From positions 26,846,001 through 26,910,000 of the forward strand of contig OZ024740.1 in NCBI GenBank assembly GCA_964016885.1: a stretch of 64,000 nt of DNA, in the 5' to 3' direction. Shown here piece by piece: positions 13,495-26,959 of this stretch. Under the pieces are notes generated by a model, which ran no database searches, was not told the DNA's origin, and saw only the letters and a list, made by a program, of their open reading frames with translations. The DNA comes from Eledone cirrhosa (Eukaryota). Every line of letters starts with the position of its first letter. Position 1 is the first letter of the stretch. A program made the position numbers and the translations under genes.

Positions 13495-14390
13495 GAATAC
13501 CACCACCACCACCCTACAATAGCATCTCCAGCACCACCACCACCCTACAATACCATCACAATCACCATCACCACCACCACCACCACCACCACCCTACAAT
13601 ACATTGACCACCACCACCACTACCCTACAATACCATCCTACAATACCATCACCACCACCATTACCACCACTATCACCACCACCATCACCACTATCACCAC
13701 CACCATCACCACCATCACCATCCTACATTACCATCACCACCACCACCACCCTACAATACCACCACCATCACCACCACCATCCTACAATACCACCACCACC
13801 ATCCTACAATAATACCACCACCATCCTACAATACCACCACCACCATCCTACAATACCATCACCGCCACCATCACCACCACTATCACCACCACCATCCTAC
13901 AATACCATCACAACCATCATCCTACAACACCACCACGATCACCCTACAACACCACCACCCCCGTCACTATCACCACCACCACCATCCTACATTACCATCA
14001 CCACCACCACCACCATCCAACAATCACATCACCACCATCCTACAATACCACCACCACTATCCAACAATACCATCACCACCACCATCCTACAACACCACCA
14101 CTACCCCCCCCCCCATCACTACCACCACCGCCACCATCCTACATTACCATCACCACCATCACCATTCAACAATACCATCACCACCACCACCACCATCCAA
14201 CAATACCACCACCACCACCATCCTACAACCCCCCATCCCCCACCACATCACCACCCCACCCCACCCCCATCACCACCACCTCCATCACCCCCACCCCCAC
14301 CACCATACACCCCACCCCCACCACCACGATCGCCCCACCCCATCACAACCACCACCATCACCACGAACACCAACACAACCACTACCCGCC
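13495..14390. repeat. Degenerate CCA/CATCCTACAATA low-complexity repeat
   Basis: Direct reading. Confidence 0.8.
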
Positions 14391-15071
14391 CACGTCTTTA
14401 GTGTAGCCAACCCACCACATACCTCCACACCTTACACTCCATTTTAATCTGACTGGTGGTGGTGGTGGTGTTAATGGTAGCAGTAATGATGGTGCTGTGG
14501 TGGTGGTTGTGGTGCTAGTGGTGGTGGTGGTTGTGGTGCTAGTTGTGGTGGCGGTAGTTATAAAAATACACAAGCATAAACCCACCAATATAAACATTCA
14601 CAGACACACCCCACAAACACATAAACATACACATACACCAACATACATACACTGCCTTACTCATACATGCCTACACCTATACAAACAATGATCATCATCA
14701 CCATCATCATCATCATCACCATCATCATCATCACCATCACCATCATCATCATCATCCAAAGAGTATAATCTCCATACCATTATTGGAGGGTTAATGGAAT
14801 AGTGTTGATAAGCAAATAATATACCTTGTGGTGATTAGTGACGGGCCTTTACGTTTCGAATTGAAATCACTTCGTGGTCACCTTTGCTTTTAATCGTTCC
14901 GGAATAAATATAATATGACCCTAGTCATATACAAGGTATAATGTAATGGTAGTTTCTGCTGTCCTGCTTGTTGTGGATTTCTAGAATAGTAGAATAGCAT
15001 TTATAAAATATTTAAACTGTGTCCCAAGACTAGAGATTTATCAGGTTTAGGATTATACTGTTTCCGTAAAA

Positions 15072-15215
15072 AGGGGCATGGCTTGGTGGTTAGAGCATTG
15101 GGCTTGCAATCGAAAGGTTGTGAGTTCAATTCTCGGTCCGGGTGATGTGTTGTTTCCTTGAGCAAGACACTTTATTTCGCATTGCTCCAGTTTACTCAGC
15201 TGTAGAAATGAGATG
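15072..15215 (+). mobile_element. tRNA-head SINE (S2)
   Basis: TGGCTTGGTGG A-box, GAGTTCAATTC B-box, CCTTGAGCAAGACACTT core. Confidence 0.8.
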
Positions 15216-16344
15216 ATAGGACTGGGGTCCCTATCATTAAATTACCCAAGACACCTCCAATGAGATATACCTTGGAGGAGGACAGCTAAACCTGCATAGG
15301 AGTGAGCTGTCACACACATAAGAGTTAATACCCAGCTGCGCAATTTGTTCATTTTAAATATTTCATCTAAGTGAACTAGAGTAATGTGAACTGAAGCATC
15401 TTGTAAAAGTATACAAGGCACAGTCCGATTTCGGAATCGAACAAAAGACCTTCCAAAGTCAGCCCAACACCTTAGTCACTAGGCTACACGCCTTCACCAG
15501 TTTTGCTAAAGTGATATTTGTGTGTGTGTGTGCGTGTGTGTGTGCGTGTGTGTGACAGCTCACCTATGCAGGTTTAGCTGGTCTCCTCCAAGGTATATCT
15601 CGTTGGAGGTGTCTTGGGATAATTTAATGATAAAGACCCCAGAGCTACTAAAATATCAGTCAATCTCCCCAAAATCCTGCTCTGACATCTTAAAGAACAC
15701 ATTGACTAATGAGGTCTTAGATTCTCTAAACATAAAACCGACAGCAATGTCGAGAACAATGTATCTATGTATCTGTGATCCTAAGTTCATTTGATCAGCG
15801 CTAATCTGGAGCTAAGTCACAATATCAATAGCATCACCACCACATGTCATTCGGCTAGAAAGAGTAGCCAAATCACCCGCAAATCACACCCAGGTATATT
15901 AATAAACGATGACCCCCCGATGGATATTATAATCTTAGATGCACTACATCTAAATGAATTATGAGGTCACAGCAGGAAAGCTTGTCGTCAGATACCTACT
16001 GTGTGGTGAAGAAGGTTATTTAGCAGCAATGTGGTTTAGGGTTCGAATTCAATGTGAGTCACCTTCTACTGGAGTATCACATCATCGAAAACTTTGTGAT
16101 TAAAACTCGGTAGTTGAAAATCTATGGAATTCCGTTGCAAGTCGGGAGCTAATACAGCCATCATCATCATCATCAACAACATATACGAGCTGTTATCTAC
16201 TGCAACAACAATAGCAACAACCCGAGTATCACCATAAGCAATAACAACAATAACAAAATATATCATCAACAACTATAAAAACACAATCAACATTAACAAC
16301 AGAAACTACTTATTTCCCACCAAACTTTAATCAATCTTCTCAAC

Positions 16345-17145
16345 TTTCTCACACAGACACACACACACCAAACACACACAGAAATACAGACGTACACACA
16401 TCAAACACACACAGAAACACACACACACACACCAAACACACACAGACACACACACATCAAACACACAAAGAAACACACACACACACACACAGAACACAGA
16501 CACACACACGCACACACCAAACACACACAGAACACAGACACACACAGAACACAGACACACACACACACCAAATACACACAGAACACAAACACACACAGAA
16601 CACAGACACACATACACCAACCACACACATAACATACACACACACACACACACACCAAACACACACAGAACACAGACACACATACACCAACCACACACAT
16701 AACACATACACACACACACACCAAACACACACAGAACACAGACACACATACACCAACCACACACATAACACATACACACACACACACCAAACACACACAT
16801 ACACACACACACCAAACACACGCAGAACACATACACACACACACCAAACACATACAGAACACAGACACACACACACCGAACACACATAGATCACATACAC
16901 ACACACCAAACACACACACCAAACACACACAGAACACAGACATACACGCACCAAACACACACAGAGCACAAACATACATACACACCAAACACACACAGAA
17001 CATACACACACAAAACACAGGCACACACACACACCAAACACACACATAACACAGACACACACACAACAAACACACACAGAACACAGACACACACAGAACA
17101 CAGACACACACACACACCAAACACACACAGAACGCACACACACAT
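16345..17145. repeat. CA-rich cryptic satellite (ACACACCAAACACACACAGAAC)
   Basis: Direct reading. Confidence 0.88.
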
Positions 17146-17421
17146 ATACTGTTTCTCTCTTCTCTCCCAATATAATTTAAATGTGTTATTTTTGTTTCAA
17201 CTTCAAAATATCCACATTCAATTCCCCCCCCCCACTCACCCGACTCACTTCAAACCCCTACACAACTTCTTATTATTATTATTTTTCTTCTTCTTCTTCT
17301 TCTTCTTCTTCTTCTTCTTCTTCTTCTTCTTCTTCTTCTTCTTCTTCTTCTTCTTCTTTATATAACCAAGTCTATCACTCTTTCTCTATTTATTTCTCTC
17401 TCTCCCCCCCCTCTCTCTCTG

Positions 17422-17468
<47 letters not shown>

Positions 17469-17735
17469 TAAGGAAAAGCGAAGTAGTTTCAGATATTCAA
17501 GTCTTTAATAATAATGCTGTGATATATATTTCAATGGCGACAGTGGCCACACTGTTCAGTGCGCCAGTGCCGCGACATCGTCAGACAGCTTGTTACATAA
17601 TAAGGTTATGTTTCCGAGGCAATCCAAATTGAATCCACAAGGGAACGGACGAGGAACCCAAGAGCACACACTTCGTCCGTTCCCATGTGGATTCAATTTG
17701 GATTGCCTCGGAAACATAACCTTATTATGTAACAA

Positions 17736-17809
17736 GCTGTCTGACGATGTCGCGGCACTGGCGCACTGAACAGTGTGGCCACTGTCGCCATTGAAATATA
17801 TATCACAGC
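17736..17809 (+). ncRNA. Type-I hammerhead ribozyme motif (mirror copy 17516-17589 on minus)
   Basis: GCUGU-CUGACGA-hairpin-GAAA-UAUAUA-UC-ACAGC; stem I GCUGU/ACAGC; base of stem II imperfect. Confidence 0.65.
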
Positions 17810-17998
17810 GTGAATTGGCAGTATCGGTAGAGGGATGGACGCCATGCTTTGATGCATAGAGTTACGGCTCTTGCCATTCTGAGTTCAAATCCCGCCTAGG
17901 TTAACTTTGCCTTTCATCCTTACGGGGTCGATAAAATAAAGTACCAGTAATGCACTGGGATAATTGGTGGCCTTGTGCCAAAAGTAGAAACAATTATT
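17810..17998 (+). mobile_element. SINE family S1
   Basis: Full-length match to 3989-4177. Confidence 0.9.
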
Positions 17999-18230
17999 AT
18001 TAAAGGACTTGAACATCTGAAACTACTTCGCACTTCCTTATTCGATATTTACTCGGTCACTCCTATGTGGAATAAGTACGTTGAGTGCTTGAATTGAATT
18101 GCATCAATATTTACCTTAAGTATATATTATAGTTGAGACAGTAAACAAAAAACAAAAAAACAACTTGGAAGTTAAGAGGCAGTACAAAATGTTAATATTA
18201 GTTTCACGCTTGAGAGTGGGGCTTGGGGGC

Positions 18231-18258
18231 GACGTTTCGGGCATATGCCCTTCATCAG
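18231..18258 (-). ncRNA. Minimal hammerhead core (PLE type)
   Basis: CUGAUGA-A-GGGC-AUAU-GCCC-GAAACGUC; stem I partner not evident. Confidence 0.5.
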
Positions 18259-18377
18259 GAGAAAAGTGGGCAGGAAAAGATTTCCGATGGTGTGAGGGGG
18301 AGTGGTGGAAAGACATAGGCAGATAATGAACAAATAAAATAATAAAAAAATAAATATACATATTTATATGTATATTT

Positions 18378-18500
18378 CGTCGAAACGGCTTGAGCTCAGC
18401 CGTCGGGGTCTTACTGGTTCCTATTACCCACTCTACTACCCTAAGTATTGAGTATTTTGGTGCGTTATGGTCCACCTGGTTCCTTACCACATTTCCTTCG

Positions 18501-18503
<3 letters not shown>
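18378..18503 (+). mobile_element. Family C cassette, 5'-truncated
   Basis: GTCGAAACGGCTTGAGCTCAGCCGTCGGGGTC...CCTTCGTTA then (TA)n. Confidence 0.8.
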
Positions 18504-18548
<45 letters not shown>

Positions 18549-18599
18549 GAAGTTTTTTTACAAGATGAAAAAAATGAGATGTCCTACACGAGTGAAAGT

Positions 18600-18861
18600 A
18601 TAAGGAAAAAAGATGAAATCGAAAATGCAACTGGAGTCTTTTTAAAAAAATATTTATTAGGTTCCTTTACCGGTTTCACAGTTCTTGTGTAGAATTGAGT
18701 TGGAGGGGGTTGTGGTTTTTCTGGATGCGAGAAAAACCAGAAACCCTCCATCTCAATTCTACTTTGAAAAGCACAAGAACGTCGAAACCGGTAAAGGAAC
18801 CAAATAAATATTTTTTTAAAAAGACTCCAGTTGCATTTTCGATTTCGTCTTTTTTCTTTAT
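18600..18861. repeat. Fold-back palindrome with HHR-like variant core
   Basis: Inverted arms centred ~18725; UUGAAAA..GAAACCGGUA at 18764-18793. Confidence 0.7.
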
Positions 18862-18923
18862 ATATATTATATATATATATATACATATATCAGCTTATCT
18901 ATCTGCCTATTTATCTACCTGTG

Positions 18924-19020
<97 letters not shown>

Positions 19021-19147
19021 CCAAAAGGTCGTTGAATATTCAACGAATTCATTTTTACAACAGATTAGAAGCACTCGACAATATGTATCTGGAGTATTCT
19101 TTATATTCATTAATAAATGAGAAATACTTTCACATAGGCAAAGTATA

Positions 19148-19210
19148 TGTTTTATTATATATATTTCAAGGGTACAGTAGTTTTTGAGTACTCTTTCATC
19201 AGATAAAACA
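19148..19210 (-). ncRNA. Type-I hammerhead motif in family B-like cassette (19020-19225)
   Basis: UGUUUUAU-CUGAUGA-AAGAGUAC..GUACCCUU-GAAA-UAUAUA-UA-AUAAAACA; perfect 8-bp stem I. Confidence 0.75.
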
Positions 19211-19226
19211 CAAGAAATTCGTTATT

Positions 19227-19273
<47 letters not shown>

Positions 19274-19401
19274 AAAGTTTTATTTAAGATTGTTGGGTTA
19301 CAACGAGTAAATATTTTATAACTGATATAAAAGCACTCAACAGTTTCTGGAGTAGGTTTACGATATTAAACAAATGGAAACTATATTTATAAAACCGTAT
19401 T

Positions 19402-19467
19402 TATTTCGTTATATATATTTCTGGGATATCATATTAAAAATATGGTATGCCTTCCTCAGACAAAATA
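19402..19467 (-). ncRNA. Type-I hammerhead motif in family B-like cassette (19270-19612)
   Basis: UAUUUUGU-CUGAGGA-stem II-GAAA-UAUAUA-UA-ACGAAAUA; followed by palindrome 19461-19612. Confidence 0.65.
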
Positions 19468-19620
19468 CAATACATAAGCTGTTTTATAAATAATGTTTGA
19501 CATACCTTATTATAATGCAACTTCCATTTAAAAAGTTGACTTTTTAAATGGAAGTTTTTTATTATAAGGTATGTCAAAAATTATTTATAAAACAGCTTAT
19601 GTATTGTATTTTATATATTG

Positions 19621-19689
<69 letters not shown>

Positions 19690-20951
19690 CTCATCTATCT
19701 GTCTATTTGTCTGCCTGTGTATCTATCTATGTATCCATCCATCTCTCTGTCATTGTATATCTATATCTATCCAACTCTTCCCACGAAAACATACACAAAC
19801 ACTTACCAACCTACACACACAGTCAGACATATCTAGAAAATGCACTCAAATGAACACAATATAATAACTCACATATTGACAGGGGAAAAAAACTCAGTAT
19901 TTCTTGTATATAACAGGCATACAGATAAATATGGATAGAGAGAGAATTAGTGGGGAGAGAGTGAGAGAGAATTCTAAGCCGAATTCTTAATACCCCACAC
20001 TCTATCACACACTGTGTTTGTCAGTCACTTAACTAGGCAGCTATTCCTCTCGGCACACACAACTCGTCGGGTGTTTTTGAAGGAGTGACGCCGCCATTAC
20101 AACGCCATGCTCGTGGTAAATTTTTTTTTTGTTTAAGGACACGTGATTTAATAGAATGGAATATACGACTGCTAGCTCGTTGTGTTTCTATTTCACTCTA
20201 TGTATGTTTGTAAGCCTGTCTGTTGTTCTACGTACATACATCATATATGGATATATATGACAATTTATACATATATATACACATATACACATACATATGC
20301 ACATGGACGTATTAATTTCCAAACTATTATCGCGCTCTTTCTCCTCCTTACGTTCTTTATAATATATGCACACAAACAAACATTCATTCACACACATCCA
20401 CTCACACAATAACATAAATATATATATTTGTATATGTGAGTGTGTGTATGTATATATATATATATATAGAAAGAGAGATAGATCGATAGATACACACACA
20501 CACACGTATCTTTAGTAATGACGGGCGCGGGAATGAGTGCTCATTACCATAGCAGAGATTATATTATTTATTAAGGCCGACTTAGTTTCGTATGATACTG
20601 GAATTTCTACTGTGTACACCTAGATCATTTGACGGGCCTTGTCTGATATATTTATATATATATATATATAGGTGTGTGTGAGTGTGTGTGAGTGTGTGTG
20701 TGTGTGTGTCTGTCTATGTGTGTGTGTGTGTTATATCTAACCGCATATTAGGCTTTTAGCAATCGGGTCTCATATGAATTTCTGTATGTGGCTAATTATC
20801 AAATGAAATCAATCAAAATGTTTCTTGTATATAAAATATATCTTGCTATTTACTTAGACTGTCTGTTTGTCTGTCTTTCTTTCTTACCCTCCCTATCACT
20901 CTCCTTCAAATATTTACTCTCTCTCTCCCTCTCTCTCCCTCTCTCTCTCCC

Positions 20952-21002
<51 letters not shown>

Positions 21003-21033
21003 ATATATTTACTTGTACATGTGTGTGTTTGTG

Positions 21034-21077
<44 letters not shown>

Positions 21078-21150
21078 AATATATATATATATGTACATAT
21101 ATACAGACACCAACACAAATATATATATGAATGTGTGTGTGTGTGTGTGT

Positions 21151-21233
<83 letters not shown>

Positions 21234-21275
21234 CATATATACAGACACAAACACAAATATATATATGAATGTGTG

Positions 21276-21333
<58 letters not shown>

Positions 21334-22074
21334 TACATATATATGAATGTGTATTTGTGTTTGTGCTTGCATAAATATATATATATATGTGTGTGTTTCT
21401 GTTTGTGTGTGTGTGTATGTGTATGAGTATGTATATATTTCTGTAGATATATATTCACGTACATATATATATATACTTTCATTGCTTAGTTTGTTGTATT
21501 TTAATGTCACACGTCCTTCTTATTCTTTTCCTCTACCCAACCCTTTTCTTTGTTATATCTATGCCTTTAATAATCATTTCCTTTCTTTGTGTTCTTTAGC
21601 TTATTTAACAGTGATTTTCTTTCACTTGTTTTTAATTGTCGTCCTCTATTTCCTCTCCATTCATTTTACAGACTCTCAATCATTTGAGGAATTTACTACA
21701 GCAGGCAAGAAACGGACCAGGCACATGTCTCTTGGCTGCCATCTTGAGTGGTCTTTCAAAGTGATCCGTTAGCACCAAGAAATTAGGATTATTTCCATAT
21801 ATAAAATACATGCACACACAGAGATAGAAAGAGATATAGAGATAAAGAGAGAGCAAGAGAGACAGACATAGAACATATCTACAAACACTCAACACATGCA
21901 CAGAGTGCTATTACATATACACACGTACATAAACGCATACGTATATCTAAATACATGCATGCATCAATATATAAATGTGTGTGTTCATAATCACATACAA
22001 TCACTTAAGTACACTCACCCACAGACACGCACTCTCACTCACACACACACACACCGTGCTCGCACACACACACA

Positions 22075-22176
<102 letters not shown>

Positions 22177-22520
22177 TGTTTGTGTGTGTTTGTGTATGTG
22201 AGTGCGTAAGCGTGTGTGTAAAAATATTCTTATTTATGTAAAAGTTGAAATAATGATACATTGTCTTTTATTAAGACAGGAAGACTCAATACGTTGGAGA
22301 GTATACAAGGAGAGATTTGATAAAATATCAACTATATTGGAGATAATATTATTAAAGTTTAAAAGAGGAAAATTAGAATGGATATGTCTATATATTATGA
22401 GTGTAAAATGAAGAAATTTTCTCAGTGACTCATGTTTATAATTTGAGGAGCAATATATATATTTATATATGTACACAATCATATTAAATAAATGGAAACT
22501 ATATTTATAAAACCATATTT

Positions 22521-22580
22521 ATTATATTATATATATTTCAAGGGTACACAAATTTTGGTACGCTATCCTCAGATAAAATA
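22521..22580 (-). ncRNA. Type-I hammerhead motif, family B-like
   Basis: UAUUUUAU-CUGAGGA-UAGCGUAC..GUACCCUU-GAAA-UAUAUA-UA-AUAAUAU; flank homologous to 19365-19467. Confidence 0.65.
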
Positions 22581-22786
22581 CGAAGTGTGTTTTATAAACT
22601 TTGGGATAACAAAGGAGAATATACCTTAACGGTTCAAATTTTCCTTGGATATATATACATATATATGTGTGTGTGTTGTGTGTGTGTATGCATACATATA
22701 TATATATGTATATATATGCATATTTATACATATATATACACATATTTATATGTACTTCTGCATATATATATATATATATGTATATT

Positions 22787-22837
<51 letters not shown>

Positions 22838-23258
22838 ATTATACATATATATATGTATATATATATATATATATATACATATATATGTGCGAGTGTGTGT
22901 ACATATATTAAACCTGTAATAAGTGTATATCAAGTGTAGGTGTTTGCAATTCTGTCTAGTTTTTTGTATAGATTATATAATAATAAAGTGTTAGAATCGA
23001 GGAAGGAAGTATAAGGGAGTTAGAAAAACAGGAATTATGGCGAACAACGAAATGAAGACGTAAGAACTGGAATTATGTTTGACGTGGCGGCGTAATAGCA
23101 CAGCTAAAAATGTGTGTGTAGATAAAAAACTTAAATTACATACATATTTTCACAAGCCTGAATATATATATATATGTGTGTGTGTGTGTATACATATATA
23201 TATATATATAAATGTGTGTATATATATATATATATAAATGTGTGTATATATATATATA

Positions 23259-23359
<101 letters not shown>

Positions 23360-23407
23360 TTATTTATATTTATATATATATACCTATATCTTTATATATA
23401 TATATAC

Positions 23408-23482
<75 letters not shown>

Positions 23483-23508
23483 AATATATTTATATATATA
23501 TTTATATA

Positions 23509-23562
<54 letters not shown>

Positions 23563-24028
23563 ATTATATTTGTAAACACACACACACACACGCACAAATG
23601 TGTGTGTGTTTGTGTGTGTGTGTGTGCTTGCTCTTAACGATAGTTACTGGTTACGGGAATTGTTCGTCTGTGAGTTTCGCTACCTAAAGAATGAATATAG
23701 TTATTAATATAAGAAAAATAAAAACGAACAAAAGGGATGATAATAAAAATAATGTCTTTTATTGCCACTGGGGCGACAGATAAAACAGAAGTTTCCTTGG
23801 AAATATATACATAACTGTGGAAATAATACTGCACAAATAAATATAGAGGATGTAGATATAACATTGAAAATAATATAGATAATATTGTAACAATGTGATT
23901 GGTGTGTAGGAAGAAATATATATATACATATATAAACACTGACACACATACACACACACACGACCACATATATGAATATACACACACACAAACATATGCA
24001 TATATATAAATAAATATATATATATATA

Positions 24029-24089
<61 letters not shown>

Positions 24090-24177
24090 ATATATATATA
24101 TATATATATATACATATATATGTATATATATATATGTATATATGTATATATATATATATATGTATATATGTATATAT

Positions 24178-24297
<120 letters not shown>

Positions 24298-24300
24298 ATA

Positions 24301-24384
<84 letters not shown>

Positions 24385-24696
24385 AGTACATACATATTTA
24401 CATATATGTGTGTGACACTTCTATTCTAACCGATGACGGATACATTCCATCCAATATGTTTCCAAGGAGTTGACTCGTGGTTATCACAAATAGCATTTCC
24501 GCATTACGGAATCGAACCAACCACTTAATCTTCTTGGAGCGAACTATTGATAAATATATATATTATAGAAATAAATCTCACCTACAAATGCTAAAGCTGT
24601 GTAAATTTAAACTGTGCTTATTGAGCATTGGGCAAATACGCAATCACAAAATGTATATATATATACATATAATATATATATAAATATATATATGTA

Positions 24697-24782
<86 letters not shown>

Positions 24783-25308
24783 ATATATATATATATATAT
24801 GTATTTGTATGTCTGTATTATAGCAGAACTTATATTTTTGTAAATATATTCATAGAACTCTATGTATTTGGAAATATTTAGAATTATTTAGAATTATTTA
24901 GAATTATTTAGAATTATGCATAAAATTCGTGATTGTTTGGTAATCAATTAATATACATTCTGGCACGAGCAGATGCAGAGACAGTTAGGGAAAGAGACAT
25001 ATAATCAGATAGGTGTGTGTATATTTATTCTAATGTGTGTGTGTGTGTTTTTGCTAGTGTGTGTCTATCTGTGTGTGCAGGTGCGTGAATTTATGTGGTT
25101 ACATAATTATTTACTGTGAGATATAATAATTGGAAAATTGTAAGAGCGCCTGTGTAAATTATGTAATATACACATGTATTGCATGTTCACACATAGACAT
25201 ATATATATATGTGTATGTGTGTATACATATACATATACCTACACATATACACACCACAGACACACATACATATATATATATGTGTGTGTGTACATGGATA
25301 TATACCTA

Positions 25309-25434
<126 letters not shown>

Positions 25435-25827
25435 TCCGTATGCACATTTACATGCACACACTCGTCATATATTCCTGGTCGAAGAAGATACACCATTGTA
25501 CTACAAGAGTAAAATATGACAGACTGACTGACACACGTACACGAAAACAAACCCTCTACCAAGAGAATTCAAGTCTTAATTGTCACTTGAATGTCAACCG
25601 AAATTATTATAAACAGGCGACAATAAGTGAAGAATGAAAACCACTACAGCAACGTAGAAACACTTTATAAAGCTACAGTGAATTTTTCCATCTTAGAAAA
25701 TATTTTCCATCGTTAATAAGGTAAGTGAACTTGTATATTAATCATTGCCAAATATAGTAGTATTTATTGTCATTTATGTATATATGTATTTATTTATTAT
25801 GACTTTTATGTCAAATAAAATAAAATT

Positions 25828-25880
<53 letters not shown>

Positions 25881-26003
25881 TCAAATCACGTCGAGGTTAG
25901 TTTTGTCTTTCAACACTATGGGGGTCGATAAATTTAAATACCAGTAGCGAGGGGGTGGTGGTGTTTGTGGTGGTTGTAGTGGGTGCGGTATTAGTTGTAA
26001 TAA

Positions 26004-26051
<48 letters not shown>

Positions 26052-26734
26052 CAGTAGTAGGAGTAGTAGTAGTAGTAGCTGTTGTTGTTGTTGTGGAGGT
26101 GTGGTGGTTGTGGAGATAAGATAGTAATGTAGTATTGGTGGTAGTGTGGGTGGTTGTCGGATTGACAGAATCGATAGCGCGTCGGGGGAAATGCATTGCC
26201 CTTTTGTTCCAGCACTCCGTTCTTCAATCAAAGAAGAAACCCCGTCAAGGTCAACCTTGTCTTTCCTCTCTCGCCATCCCAAATCGATACCATAAAGTAC
26301 CAGTCAATTACTGGGATCGATTTAACCCACTTTCACTTCTCCAAAACTGTTGGACTTGTGCATTATTATTAGTAATTTGGGGTTTTATTATTAGTATTTA
26401 CGGTCTCAGTTCAAATCCCACCGAGGTTAACTTTGCCTTTCATCCTTTCATCCTCGATAAAATGAAGTACCAGTAATACACTGGCTTAATTGCTGGTCTT
26501 TAGAATTAGTTGAGGAAACTTCCCGATAAATATTTCCATTCAACTCTTCCAACATTTCCACAATATACAACCATAAACACCGACATTGCCACCGTCATTA
26601 TGACTATTTCCATCACCATAACCATCACCTCCCAACTCCAAGAACCCTTACAACCAACCTGAACGCCACACGCGCCAGCCCACTCAAAATATATATGATG
26701 ATCATCAGAACTTTTTATCATTATTATATACATT

Positions 26735-26910
26735 GGATTGGCAGGTTGGACGCCATGCTTACCAGCATAGAGTTACGGCCCATTACGGTCTGAATTCAAA
26801 CTCCGCCGGAGTTAACTTTACCTTTCATCCTTACGGGGTCGATAAAATAAAGTACCAGTAATGTACTGGAATAATTGCTGGCCTTGTGCCAAAGGTAGAA
26901 ACAATCATTA
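26735..26910 (+). mobile_element. SINE family S1 (partial copies also at ~25880-25945 and ~26395-26500)
   Basis: Sequence match to S1. Confidence 0.85.
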
Positions 26911-26959
26911 TATCCAGCGTCGCCGTTATCTGTTTTAATAGTATTTCTCCTCTCATCCA

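Larger units (their letters stand above)
17468..18041. mobile_element. Fold-back pLTR-like cassette with HHR in each arm; right arm interrupted by a SINE
   Basis: Near-perfect inverted repeat 17516-17809 with ~19-nt spacer; outer arms 17468-17515 and 17993-18041. Confidence 0.75.

Noticed and set aside
18116-18490. Recurrent peptide [24 protein letters not shown] in several ORFs
   Set aside because: Antisense reading of the non-coding family C tail; frame is not conserved across copies
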